In this document: one piece after another, positions 17,741 to 27,465 of the stretch
How the letters are laid out: each line of letters starts with the position of its first letter
Position numbering within the stretch: the stretch's first letter is position 1
Source: Candidatus Staskawiczbacteria bacterium RIFCSPHIGHO2_02_FULL_43_16
Lineage (GTDB): Bacteria; Patescibacteriota; Minisyncoccia; Minisyncoccales; Staskawiczbacteraceae
Direction: 5' to 3'
Assembly (NCBI GenBank): GCA_001821935.1
Contig: MHOU01000008.1
Coordinates: 1-53,807 of the forward strand
Length of the DNA: 53,807 nucleotides
Made by a program: the position numbers and the translations under genes
Notes under the pieces: generated by a model
Database searches by the model: none
Seen by the model: the letters and a program-made list of their open reading frames with translations, nothing else
What the model was told of the DNA's origin: nothing

Positions 17741-18364
17741 ATGAAGAAAGACATTGTTTTCATAGATTGGCATAATACGCTTTCTTGGTCAAAATATTGG
17801 GAAAGCCTATTGGGCAAGAATACTGACTTTACAAAAGTGGTAGATGATTTTTTTGCTTTTGAAAAAGAAATGGAAGCAGAGTGGATGCTGGGAAAGTTGA
17901 AGTCGGAAGATATAGTTAAATTAATCAGCAATAGGTCTGGTTTATCTGAAGATTTGCTTTGGCAAACATTTGTGTCCGACTGTCAAAAGATGCACATTGA
18001 TCCGGAAGCAGTTTCTCTAATAAAAAAACTAAAGGATAAGTATAATGTAGTACTTGTCACTGGTAACATGGATTGTTTTTCTCGTTTTACTGTCCCTGCA
18101 CTAGAATTGGACAAAGTATTTGACCGTATTATAAATTCAGCAGATGTCGGTTATTTAAAAACCGATCATGATGGAAAAACTTTTACTGATTGTTTTAAGC
18201 AATACAATATAAGCGATGTGTCGAAATCATATCTTCTAGATGATTCAGAAAAAACATGTGTTTTATTTAGTAAACTTGGAGGGAAATCTTTGCAAGTTAA
18301 TAGTAAAGAAGACACTATTGGTCATCTGAGTTTTATACTTAAAAACAATTACAATTTAAATTAG
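17741..18364 (+). CDS. HAD-like hydrolase
   Basis: FIDWHNTL motif I variant, VTGN, K, LLDDS. Confidence 0.7.
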   Translation: MKKDIVFIDWHNTLSWSKYWESLLGKNTDFTKVVDDFFAFEKEMEAEWMLGKLKSEDIVKLISNRSGLSEDLLWQTFVSDCQKMHIDPEAVSLIKKLKDKYNVVLVTGNMDCFSRFTVPALELDKVFDRIINSADVGYLKTDHDGKTFTDCFKQYNISDVSKSYLLDDSEKTCVLFSKLGGKSLQVNSKEDTIGHLSFILKNNYNLN

Positions 18365-18371
18365 AAATTTT

Positions 18372-19241
18372 ATGAATAAAGAACAATGTTATAAATTATC
18401 TATCTCGGCATTTTTAGGTGTTTTTTGTATATTTCTTATTACCAATTTTATATTCTTCAAAATTAATTGGCTGTTTTCGATTTTAATTTTCTGTTTTGGG
18501 GTGGTGCTTTTATTAATTGTTAAACTTTATTTAAAAATAGAGAGCAGTGTTGATAGAATCCAGCGCGAGTTGGGACTATCTAAAGTAATCAACGGAGAAA
18601 CAGATAGATGGAATATTGATGAAAAAACGGGAGAGAAAAAATATTATAGTCAATGCAAGCAAGATCAATGGATTATTGAAGAAGTGTTCGATTATAAGAA
18701 AAATGGTTTTTTCTTGGATCTTGGCGGAGCGGATGGAATAGACATTTCTAATACGTATGTACTAGAGAAAAAATATGGATGGAAAGGCATTTGCATAGAA
18801 TGCGAGGACTCATTGTTCGAAAAGTTAAAGTCCAATAGAAACTGTATTTGTGTTCATGTATGCATAGATGATTACTCTAAAAAAACAATTAAGTTTACAA
18901 AGAATAGGGGATTAATAGGAGGAATTATTGATCAAGATACTGACAATAAAGGTTTTATTAATACCAATGAATTTGATAAAAAAGAAACATATGCTTTGGC
19001 GGAAATTCTTGATAAATATAACGCTCCGAAAGTGATAGATTATTTCAGTTTAGACGTTGAGGGAGCAGAGCACCGGATTTTCAGAAATTTTCCCTTTGAT
19101 CGATATAAATTTCTGGCGATGAGCATAGAAAGGCCAAATGAAGATCTGGTAAAAAATCTCAGAGAGAACGGCTATATAAAAGTAGGAGCTAATGAATTTG
19201 ATAAATTATTTATTCACAAAGATTTTAATAAATATAGGTAA
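18372..19241 (+). CDS. FkbM-family methyltransferase with N-terminal TMs
   Basis: YSQ..QD, FLDLGGADG..SNT, SLDVEGAE. Confidence 0.85.
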   Translation: MNKEQCYKLSISAFLGVFCIFLITNFIFFKINWLFSILIFCFGVVLLLIVKLYLKIESSVDRIQRELGLSKVINGETDRWNIDEKTGEKKYYSQCKQDQWIIEEVFDYKKNGFFLDLGGADGIDISNTYVLEKKYGWKGICIECEDSLFEKLKSNRNCICVHVCIDDYSKKTIKFTKNRGLIGGIIDQDTDNKGFINTNEFDKKETYALAEILDKYNAPKVIDYFSLDVEGAEHRIFRNFPFDRYKFLAMSIERPNEDLVKNLRENGYIKVGANEFDKLFIHKDFNKYR

Positions 19242-19345
19242 TGTATTGATGATTTGTAAAAGATAGATATGGGCGATAATTCAGTGGAGCGTAGCAAGAT
19301 TTTTGTTTATGCTATAATAGAACTAAGATTCAACAATATAAAGAT

Positions 19346-20722
19346 ATGTTTAAATTTTTTGGTGAAACCAAAAAAATAACCGAAAAACTCTACGAACAAA
19401 ACCTTGAGCTTGCGGTAAAAAACAAAACCCTTTCGCTTCTTGAAAACTTGTATCAAACAAGTGTTTTGACGTTAATGCCCGAAGATATGGCCCGTAAGAT
19501 TGCCGATATTATCCGCAAAGATTTAAATCTTGAATTTGCAGGGGTATTTGCTTTGGAAAAAGACGGGGATGCGCTTTTGCCACTGGCTTTTTCGGTTTCG
19601 GAAAGGCTGCAACGGGTACTGGGTGATTTTGGGATTTCCCTGAAAAATACCAAGATTACCGGCGTTTCTCGGAATGATTTTTTAAAAAGGATTATTTATG
19701 GCAAGTTGGAAAGCAGTACGAATGATTTTAAGGACATTTGGGAGGTGTTGCTGGACGAAAAGCGTTTGGCAGAAATAAAAAAAGAGTCGCATGTAAAAAC
19801 CATGTTGATGTATCCGCTGGTAAGGGGCCAGGAAGCGGACGGGGTGCTGATGCTGGGAATTAACCGCGATTATGCCAACTTGAATGCCTTTGAGAAAGCA
19901 TCCATAAAAAGCTGCATTAACGCCATCGCCCTTCTGTTGGATAAGGCTTATTTGTACAAAGATTTACAGGCTTCCTATGAAGTGGAAAAGCGCGCTCATG
20001 AAGTGGAAAAAAAGGCTAATGAAGAATTGGCTAATTTGGACAAAGTTAAAGACCAGTTTTTGACCATCACCCAGCATAATTTGCGCACGCCGCTGACCAG
20101 CATCATGGGCTATTCCGATTTGATTTTGAACGGCACCTACGGCAAGCAGAATAAAAAAACGGTGGAAGTGATAAAAAAGTTCCAAATACTGGGTAAAGGC
20201 ATGATAAGAATGGTTAATGACTTTTTGGATGCTTCGGCCTTTCAGCTGGGTAAAGACGTGGTGCAGTTGCAGCTGGGCGTTGCATTGAAACCGTTGCTGG
20301 ACGAGGTGGTGGGCGAATTGAAATTCAAGGCGGAAGAAAAAGGGATTTCCTTAACTTTAAAACAGCCCGAACAGCCGTTTATCATCAAGGCCGACCCGCA
20401 AAAACTGAAAGCCGCCATTTTCAACGTTATTGATAATTCTATCAAGTATACCGCCAAGGGCGGGGTTGAGGTGAAGTTTGCTAATCATGATAGTGTAAAA
20501 ATTATTGTTTCAGACACCGGCATTGGCATTGCCCCGGATCACTTGGCCAACTTGTTTACCAAAATGTTTGAGCGGGGGGCCAATGCTAAAAATATTTCGG
20601 GCAGTGGGGTGGGATTATATTTGTCATATCAAATTATCAAATCGCATCATGGAAAAATATGGGCCGAATCGGAGGGTGAAGGGAAGGGTTCTACGTTTTA
20701 TATTGAATTGCCGCTGGGGTAG
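19346..20722 (+). CDS. GAF-domain sensor histidine kinase
   Basis: HNLRTPLT H-box, NVIDNSIKYT, DTGIG, GSGVGL, GKGSTF. Confidence 0.92.
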   Translation: MFKFFGETKKITEKLYEQNLELAVKNKTLSLLENLYQTSVLTLMPEDMARKIADIIRKDLNLEFAGVFALEKDGDALLPLAFSVSERLQRVLGDFGISLKNTKITGVSRNDFLKRIIYGKLESSTNDFKDIWEVLLDEKRLAEIKKESHVKTMLMYPLVRGQEADGVLMLGINRDYANLNAFEKASIKSCINAIALLLDKAYLYKDLQASYEVEKRAHEVEKKANEELANLDKVKDQFLTITQHNLRTPLTSIMGYSDLILNGTYGKQNKKTVEVIKKFQILGKGMIRMVNDFLDASAFQLGKDVVQLQLGVALKPLLDEVVGELKFKAEEKGISLTLKQPEQPFIIKADPQKLKAAIFNVIDNSIKYTAKGGVEVKFANHDSVKIIVSDTGIGIAPDHLANLFTKMFERGANAKNISGSGVGLYLSYQIIKSHHGKIWAESEGEGKGSTFYIELPLG

Positions 20723-20730
20723 GGGCTGCA

Positions 20731-20809
20731 CTCTCGGCGAAAAATTCGCCTGCGGGCGAAACCAATCTTTTTCGCCTCCGAGAGCCACTTTCAAAACCAA
20801 CGCCTCGCT
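20731..20809. repeat. Left arm of ~80-bp imperfect inverted repeat (partner 21464-21544)
   Basis: CTCTCGGCGAAAAATTCGCCTG...CAACGCCTCGCT aligns with the reverse complement of 21464-21544. Confidence 0.75.
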
Positions 20810-20921
20810 TTGCCGCCGAAAAAACGGTTTTCTATTTCAGTATTGACAGAGTCAGTTAATAAGTATATCATTGAATATTCGTGACCTACCCAACCATGTT
20901 CCTTTCACAACAAGGTGTGCC

Positions 20922-21386
20922 GTGGAAAAAATACTCAAGCTCATCACAGAAACCGAAAATCTTTTGGGAGAGGCAGAAAAAAACCTTGACCAAATCAAGG
21001 CACTAGATTTCCCAGAAAAAGTTTCCAAACTCGATGACTTAGCCAATAGGCATGATGCGCTAGCCCGAAGCCTGTACGACTGGAAGCGTATGGTTGTTCA
21101 GAAAATGGCTTCCCTCGCCGAAGCTATCGGCGCACGGGAAGAATTTGCGGGGAAATATCGCAAAAGAATCGGCTACGCCGATTTCAGCTTCTATTGCGAA
21201 GGGTCTTCATGTGTAGCTCATCCTGAGAGTGATCCCATCACAGAGTTCATGGGGCTCTGCAAAGATGTGATAGCAGCGGCCGAACAGTTTCTTACAGTAA
21301 AACCACGGGCCTTGCGCACTGAGATCAAACAGCTTTCCGGATTGGCAACCATGTTCGAAAAGCTCAATGAAAAAAAGAAAAAGTGA
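20922..21386 (+). CDS. Hypothetical helical protein
   Basis: TTGACA-17-TATCAT promoter at 20843; GTG 20922 after AAGG; terminator at 21397-21422. Confidence 0.6.
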   Translation: MEKILKLITETENLLGEAEKNLDQIKALDFPEKVSKLDDLANRHDALARSLYDWKRMVVQKMASLAEAIGAREEFAGKYRKRIGYADFSFYCEGSSCVAHPESDPITEFMGLCKDVIAAAEQFLTVKPRALRTEIKQLSGLATMFEKLNEKKKK

Positions 21387-21463
21387 GTTATTTGAACTGC
21401 CTTAGCCCAAGGCAGTTTTTTTCATGTAATTTAAACGGCTCAATACGTTGAGCCGTTCAGTAG

Positions 21464-21544
21464 AGCGAGGGCGTTGCGCCAAAAGTGCACCTCGCAGGCA
21501 GAAAAGCATGGTTTTTGCCAACAGGCAAAATTTTCTGCCGAGAG
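21464..21544. repeat. Right arm of inverted repeat within a GC-rich hairpin cluster (21433-21680)
   Basis: Reverse-complement similarity to 20731-20809. Confidence 0.75.
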
Positions 21545-21706
21545 ATGAGCGGGAATAGGCGAAGGGAGCCGCGCGCCCGCGGGCGCGCGGGCCCGCAGCC
21601 GGTTCGCGCTGGCGAAATTAACCGCGTCACTTTTGGCGCAATACCCGAGCGGAACATATCCACAGGGTGGCTTTTTTTGTGTGTGGTAAAATAGATAAAC
21701 ATTCCT

Positions 21707-23461
21707 ATGAACATCGAACCGGAACGGCTTAAGAAATTTTTGGTTGATGCCAATCTCATTAAAGAGAAGGATTTTGATGCCGCCCAAAAAGAGGGCGTTA
21801 AAATCCGCGCCGCGGTAAGCGATATGTTGGTCAAGCGGGGTCTTATTGAACGGGAAAAGCTCACTAAATTTGAAGCCTATTTGTTAGGAGTGCCTTTTGT
21901 TAACATTGAAAAAGAAATTATTCCCCATGAAGTCCTGCAAATTATCCCCGAACAGATCGCCAGGGCTCACAGTGTTGTCGCCTTTCGCAAGCGGGAAAAT
22001 AACCTTGAGGTGGCCATGCTTGACCCGGAAGATTTAGCAACCATTGATTTTATCAAAAAAACCGATCCGTTTTTAAAAATCTTGCCGCGCCTGACTACGC
22101 CCGAAGGCATTAAAAATGCTTTGCGTCAATACCAGGAAACGCTGGATGTTGAATTCGGTGGCATTATGCCGGCTGGCGCGTCTGGCGCCATTAACCATAA
22201 GCCCGGAGAAGAAGTTCTGGTTGATAAAAGAGACTTGATTAAAGCTTCCCAGGAACTGCCCATTGTCAAAATTGTGGACACCTTGATGAAGCACGCCATT
22301 TTGCAAAACGCTTCGGATGTGCACATTGAACCGATGGAAAAAGAAGTGGTGGCGCGTTTCCGTATTGATGGTATTTTGCATGACATGATGGCTCTGCCGG
22401 TTTCCAGCGCCCTGGGCATTGTGGCGCGCATCAAGGTGCTGAGCAATTTAAAATTGGATGAACACCGCCTGCCCCAAGACGGGCGGTTTAAAATTGAAAC
22501 GGATGATTATAAATATTCGGTGAGGGTTTCCGTGTTACCGGTGTTTAACGGTGAAAAAATCGTGATGCGGCTTTTGGCCGAAGGCACCAAAGCTCAAACT
22601 TTGGAGGGCTTGGGGTTTTCGGGTAAAGCCTTGGAAATCATCAAGCAAAATTTGGTCAGGCCCACCGGCATGATTTTAATTACCGGGCCCACGGGCAGCG
22701 GGAAAACCACCACGCTCTATTCCATGATGGATATTTTAAACACTCCCAAGGTGAATATTTCCACGGTGGAAGATCCTATTGAATACCGCATGCCGCGAAT
22801 CAACCAAACCCAAACTAACGCGGCCATCGGTTTGACCTTTGCGGCCGGTTTGCGCGCTTTGGTTCGCCAAGACCCCAATATCATCATGGTGGGTGAAATC
22901 AGAGACAGTGAAACGGCTAGCCTCGCCATTAATGCCGCCCTTACCGGCCACTTGGTGCTTTCCACCATCCACACCACCGAAGCCGCCGGCGCCATCCCGC
23001 GGTTAATTGACATGCAGGTGGAACCGTTTTTGATTGCTTCAACCGTCAATGTGATTATCGCCCAGCGTTTGGTGCGCAAGTTTTCCGCCAACAAAGAAAA
23101 GTATCGGTTAAAAAAGGCCGAAGTTGATGAGTTGGCGGCGCACTGCAATATGGCCAGGGTGTTGGAAATACTGCGCGCTGAAAAAATACTGAAAGCTAAG
23201 GGGACGTTGTTGGATCTGGATTTTTACCGGCCGGATATTTCCCAGGGGTCCGGTACGGGATACAAGGGCCGGATGGGCATTTACGAAGTGTTGCCGGTCA
23301 CCCAGGCTATCAAAGAACTGATTGTTAAAAAAGCTTCCACCAAGGATATTACCGATGTGGCCGTTGCCGGTGGCATGCGCACCATGTTTGAAGACGGGCT
23401 AATCAAAGCCGCACAAGGCTTAACAAGCATTGAAGAAGTGTTGAGAGTGATTATAGAGTAA
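21707..23461 (+). CDS. pilB: Type IV pilus assembly ATPase PilB/GspE
   Basis: ASDVHIEP, RLPQDGR, GPTGSGKTTT, RQDPNIIMVGEIRD. Confidence 0.95.
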   Translation: MNIEPERLKKFLVDANLIKEKDFDAAQKEGVKIRAAVSDMLVKRGLIEREKLTKFEAYLLGVPFVNIEKEIIPHEVLQIIPEQIARAHSVVAFRKRENNLEVAMLDPEDLATIDFIKKTDPFLKILPRLTTPEGIKNALRQYQETLDVEFGGIMPAGASGAINHKPGEEVLVDKRDLIKASQELPIVKIVDTLMKHAILQNASDVHIEPMEKEVVARFRIDGILHDMMALPVSSALGIVARIKVLSNLKLDEHRLPQDGRFKIETDDYKYSVRVSVLPVFNGEKIVMRLLAEGTKAQTLEGLGFSGKALEIIKQNLVRPTGMILITGPTGSGKTTTLYSMMDILNTPKVNISTVEDPIEYRMPRINQTQTNAAIGLTFAAGLRALVRQDPNIIMVGEIRDSETASLAINAALTGHLVLSTIHTTEAAGAIPRLIDMQVEPFLIASTVNVIIAQRLVRKFSANKEKYRLKKAEVDELAAHCNMARVLEILRAEKILKAKGTLLDLDFYRPDISQGSGTGYKGRMGIYEVLPVTQAIKELIVKKASTKDITDVAVAGGMRTMFEDGLIKAAQGLTSIEEVLRVIIE

Positions 23462-23468
23462 ACTTAAA

Positions 23469-23864
23469 ATGATTCCTAAATATATTGATCACATAGTTCT
23501 CATTGTGAAAGATGTCAATAAAACATCAGAATTTTACATTAAGTTTCTGGGTAAGCCAGAATTAAAAAATGACGAAGAAGTTGCTTTTAAAATAGGTGAA
23601 ACGAAATTATTTTTTGTTTTGCCGCTAAAAGAATATAAACTAAATGATAAAGATAGTTATTCGCTAAATCACTTGTCGTTTGGTGTAACAAGCACAGAAG
23701 AATTAAGGGAATTTGAACAAGTTCTCAATAATGCAAAAATACCAAACAAAGGAATAAGGATAGACAAATATGGAAAAAAAGAATACGTTTCTTTTGATGA
23801 CCCTGACGGGTATAGGATAGAATTTTATAATCGGCCAATAGAAAAAGATAATGCAACACAATAA
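23469..23864 (+). CDS. VOC/glyoxalase family protein
   Basis: IDHIVLIV, NHLSF, DPDGYRIE. Confidence 0.88.
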   Translation: MIPKYIDHIVLIVKDVNKTSEFYIKFLGKPELKNDEEVAFKIGETKLFFVLPLKEYKLNDKDSYSLNHLSFGVTSTEELREFEQVLNNAKIPNKGIRIDKYGKKEYVSFDDPDGYRIEFYNRPIEKDNATQ

Positions 23865-24684
23865 TACGATTATAAACTTCGAAAATGTTCCGGTGCGGCG
23901 GGTTTGGGATGAAAAAAAAGAGACTTGGTATTTTTCAGTTGTTGATGTGGTGGGGATTTTAACTAACAGCAAAGCCCCTCGCCGGTATTGGTCAGATTTA
24001 AAAATTAAGTTAAAGCAGGAAGGTGCTCAGTTGTACGAAAAAATCGTACAACTGAAATTCTTAGCCCAAGATGGGAAAAAGTATGTTTCCGATGCGGCAG
24101 ATACCGAAACGATGTTTAGAATCATCCAAAGCATTCCTTCACCAAAAGCGGAACCATTAAAGCAATGGTTGGCGAAAGTGGGGTATGAAAGGTTGCAAGA
24201 AACCGTTAACCCAGAAATGGCGGTCAATCGTGCTAGAGGTCATTGGTTGCAAGTGGGCAGGTCAACAAAGTGGATAGAGCAGCGTATGCGTGGCCAAGAA
24301 ATCAGGAATAAACTTACTGATTATTGGGCTGGCCATGAGGTGACCAAAGAAGTTGAGTATGCCATGTTAACGGATATTATTCACAAAGAGTGGAGCGGGC
24401 TGACTACCAAACAACATAAAAAAGCTAAAAGTTTGCGGGGGCATAATTTGCGCGACAACATGACCGAAGCTGAATTAATTTTTACCGCCTTGGCGGAACT
24501 TTCAACCCGGCAGATAGCCGAAAGCGAAAAAGCCAAAGGCTATAGAGAAAATAAAGTTTCAGCACGTAAGGGTGGGAAAATTTCCGGTGATGCCCGTAAA
24601 AAACTTGAACTTCAAACTGGTAAAAAAGTGGTAAGCAAAGAAAACTTTTTACCGCCAAGGAAAGAAATTAAAACATTAACGTAA
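23851..24684 (+). CDS. BRO-N domain protein (phage antirepressor-like)
   Basis: VRRVWDE..WYFSVVDVV, RIIQSIPSPKAEP, NLRDNM. Confidence 0.88.
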   Translation: MQHNNTIINFENVPVRRVWDEKKETWYFSVVDVVGILTNSKAPRRYWSDLKIKLKQEGAQLYEKIVQLKFLAQDGKKYVSDAADTETMFRIIQSIPSPKAEPLKQWLAKVGYERLQETVNPEMAVNRARGHWLQVGRSTKWIEQRMRGQEIRNKLTDYWAGHEVTKEVEYAMLTDIIHKEWSGLTTKQHKKAKSLRGHNLRDNMTEAELIFTALAELSTRQIAESEKAKGYRENKVSARKGGKISGDARKKLELQTGKKVVSKENFLPPRKEIKTLT

Positions 24685-25904
24685 TGCCCAATTTTTCTTA
24701 CAAAGCCAAATCGTTTGAGGGGGCTGATTCTTCCGGGAAGATGCAGGCGGTTGATGAGCGCGAGCTGGCTTTGGCTCTAAAAGCCCAGGGGCTGATTTTG
24801 ATTGACGCGGCCAAGGAAGGCAAAAAGAGGGGGTTGAACATGGAAATCAATGTGCCGTTTTTGGGCGTTTCCAGCACGGAAAAAATCATGATGACGCGCA
24901 ATTTGGGCGTCATGTTTTCCACGGGGCTTAGCATGGTGAAAATTTTTGATATTTTGTCAATTCAATCAAAAAGCCGGCAATTAAAAGATGCCCTGGCGAA
25001 TATTAAAGACAGCGTCAGTAAAGGAGAAAATCTTTCCGACGCGCTGGCGCGCTACCCGAAAATTTTCAATGAATTGTTTGTCAACATGATAAAAGTGGGG
25101 GAGGAGTCCGGCACCTTGGACGAAATTTTCCAAATTTTGGCTCTGCAGCTTGGCAAAGAGCACGAGTTAAAAAGCAAAATCAAAAACGCCATGACCTATC
25201 CGGCCATCATTGTGCTGGTGATGTTGTGCGTGGGCGTGGTGATCATTACCATTGTACTGCCCAGCCTGGATACGTTTTTTACTTCGCTCAACGTGCCGAT
25301 TCCTTTTTACACCCGGGCGGTATTATGGGGGGGGAGGTTTTTGTCAAAAAACTGGTGGCTGCTTTTTGCCGGACCGGCAGCGCTGGTGGGCGCTGTTATG
25401 CTGATCATTAGGACGCCCAAGGGCAAATGGGCTTTGGATACGTTATTGTTGCGTTTGCCGGTGGTTTCCCAGATTGTCAAAAAAGGCAATTCGGCATTTT
25501 TGATCCGGTCGCTCTCTTCATTAATCGCCTCCGGGGTTCCGCTGATACGCGCATTGGAAATTTCTTCCAAAACGGTGGGCAACCAGTATTTTTCAAAGGC
25601 CTTAGTGGAAGCGGCGGTGAAAATAAAAAAAGGGGAAAAATTATCCGGGGCCCTGCGCGAACATGCTAACCTGTTTTCGTTCGGAGTAATTGAAATGATG
25701 GAGGTGGGGGAGGAAACCGGAAAAACCGCCGTCATTTTAAAAAAACTGGCCGAATTTTATGAACAGGAAGCCGGCGCCGCGGTGGAAAAGATGGCCATTT
25801 TAATAGAACCGATGCTGATTATTTTCTTGGGAGTGTCTGTCGGATTTTTCGCTTTTTCCATTATCCAGCCCATGTATTCTTCACTAAAATTTATCGGAAG
25901 TTAA
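24684..25904 (+). CDS. pilC: Type IV pilus platform protein PilC/GspF
   Basis: VGEESGTLD, AMTYP, VGEETG, IEP. Confidence 0.93.
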   Translation: MPNFSYKAKSFEGADSSGKMQAVDERELALALKAQGLILIDAAKEGKKRGLNMEINVPFLGVSSTEKIMMTRNLGVMFSTGLSMVKIFDILSIQSKSRQLKDALANIKDSVSKGENLSDALARYPKIFNELFVNMIKVGEESGTLDEIFQILALQLGKEHELKSKIKNAMTYPAIIVLVMLCVGVVIITIVLPSLDTFFTSLNVPIPFYTRAVLWGGRFLSKNWWLLFAGPAALVGAVMLIIRTPKGKWALDTLLLRLPVVSQIVKKGNSAFLIRSLSSLIASGVPLIRALEISSKTVGNQYFSKALVEAAVKIKKGEKLSGALREHANLFSFGVIEMMEVGEETGKTAVILKKLAEFYEQEAGAAVEKMAILIEPMLIIFLGVSVGFFAFSIIQPMYSSLKFIGS

Positions 25905-25928
25905 ATTTATGAAACAAAGGGGCTTTAC

Positions 25929-26030
25929 CCAAGCACCACTTTCGCTATGTCATTATTATCTAGTGCTTACCATTATTTTAAGAATATTATGATTTGCAAG
26001 AAACCCATCAATCGCGAAAGTGGTGCTGGG
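25929..26030. mobile_element. 102-bp inverted-repeat element (copy 1) at a prepilin GFT site
   Basis: CCAAGCACCACTTTCGC...GCGAAAGTGGTGCTGGG flanked by TTTAC direct repeats. Confidence 0.7.
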
Positions 26031-26879
26031 TTTACTTTGATTGAAATTTTGGTGGTAATTTTTATTCTCGCCGTTTTGGTGCTGGTTTCCATTCCCGCCC
26101 TCGACCTTTTTTTAAAAAATTCCCACGTGGCCAACGGTATGCAGGAATTTTACACCGCCCTCACCCTGGCCCAAAGTAAAACGATTGCCTCGCAAGACGA
26201 AAGCCAATATGGCGTATATGTGGATACCGGCGTTTCGCCCCACCGCTATGTCATATTCAAAGGAGCCACCTATGCCACGCGCCTTGAGGCGGCCGATCAA
26301 TCATTTTGGCTGCCAAAAACGGTGGAATTTTCGGAAATCCTTTTGGGCAGTGGCAATGAAGTGGTGTTTAGCAAGTTAACCGGATATGCTAATCCGGCGG
26401 GCAGCGTTTCTGTAAGATTAAAAGCCGATGCCAGCAAGACAAAAACCGTTTATATTTCCAGCGCCGGCATTTTGGATTTTACGGCTCCTGCGGTAGTGGC
26501 CGACACCCGGGTGAAAGATTCACGCCATGTGCACGTTGATTATAGCCGGGTGATTGATACTGCTACCGAAAGCATCACCATGCTGTTTGACGGCACGGTT
26601 TCCCAGGTTATTCCCATCGCCGTTAATATGGCGGGGGGTCAAATATACTGGACAGGCACGGTGGCGGCCGGCGGATCTGATCAAACCGTAACTGTACGCA
26701 CCCACCGTTTAAACGATGCCGATACCCAGTTTAGCATTCATCGCGACGCAAGCATGAACAATAAAAGCTTGCGCGTTACCATTTCAGGTGACAGTTCGGG
26801 CAACCTGGCGCTGTATTCGGCCGACGGCCTGACCACCAGCTTTTCGTCGGTGTATGTTTCTGATCTTGAGTGGCAATAG
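25947..26879 (+). CDS. Type IV pilin-like (FimT/GspH-like) protein
   Basis: GFTLIEILVV N-methylation motif; start uncertain (25947 or 25989). Confidence 0.85.
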   Translation: MSLLSSAYHYFKNIMICKKPINRESGAGFTLIEILVVIFILAVLVLVSIPALDLFLKNSHVANGMQEFYTALTLAQSKTIASQDESQYGVYVDTGVSPHRYVIFKGATYATRLEAADQSFWLPKTVEFSEILLGSGNEVVFSKLTGYANPAGSVSVRLKADASKTKTVYISSAGILDFTAPAVVADTRVKDSRHVHVDYSRVIDTATESITMLFDGTVSQVIPIAVNMAGGQIYWTGTVAAGGSDQTVTVRTHRLNDADTQFSIHRDASMNNKSLRVTISGDSSGNLALYSADGLTTSFSSVYVSDLEWQ

Positions 26880-26886
26880 GGTTCAC

Positions 26887-26988
26887 CCAAGCACCACTTT
26901 CGCCAAATAATTGTATGCAGACAAAAGTATGTTTATGAATTTGCCATCAAAATCTTATCAAAATGATATTCGCGAAAGTGGTGCTGGG
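26887..26988. mobile_element. 102-bp inverted-repeat element (copy 2) at a prepilin GF site
   Basis: Same termini, flanked by TTCAC/TTCAT. Confidence 0.7.
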
Positions 26989-27465
26989 TTCATATTTCTA
27001 GAAATTTTAATAGCCGTCACGTTAATCAGCGTGGTGTTTGTTACGTTACTGGGGGTCGGGTTTTCCGCTTTAACGCTTGCCACCTCACTGCAAAAAACCG
27101 CCCAAGCTGATTCTTTGATTAAAGAAGAATTGGAAGCGGTGCGTTCATTTCGGGAAGGAACCACCTGGCAAACCAATGGCTTGGCAACCAAAAGTATTGG
27201 CAGCGCCAACCCCTATTACGCAACCTTGGATCCGGAGATTAATCCGCCCGCATGGCAGTTAACCGAAGGCATTGAAACCGTGGGCGATTTTACCCGGAAG
27301 GTGGTTTTTGATGCCGTTTCGCGCGATCTGGCAACCAACAATATTGAAGCGGTGTATAATGCTACTCGTGACGATCCCGATACCCGTAAAGTCACCGTCA
27401 CCGTAACTTTGGGTGCTAAAACGTACCAAGTTATATCATATTTAACCAATTGGAATCAGCAATGA
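26911..27465 (+). CDS. Minor pilin (PilV-like)
   Basis: GFIFLEILIA motif; start uncertain (26911, 26929 or 26935). Confidence 0.8.
   Translation: MYADKSMFMNLPSKSYQNDIRESGAGFIFLEILIAVTLISVVFVTLLGVGFSALTLATSLQKTAQADSLIKEELEAVRSFREGTTWQTNGLATKSIGSANPYYATLDPEINPPAWQLTEGIETVGDFTRKVVFDAVSRDLATNNIEAVYNATRDDPDTRKVTVTVTLGAKTYQVISYLTNWNQQ

Noticed and set aside
25929-26030. Inverted-repeat elements as integron attC sites
   Set aside because: No RYYYAAC inverse core, no integrase and no cassette array; flanking 5-bp duplications fit an insertion element better
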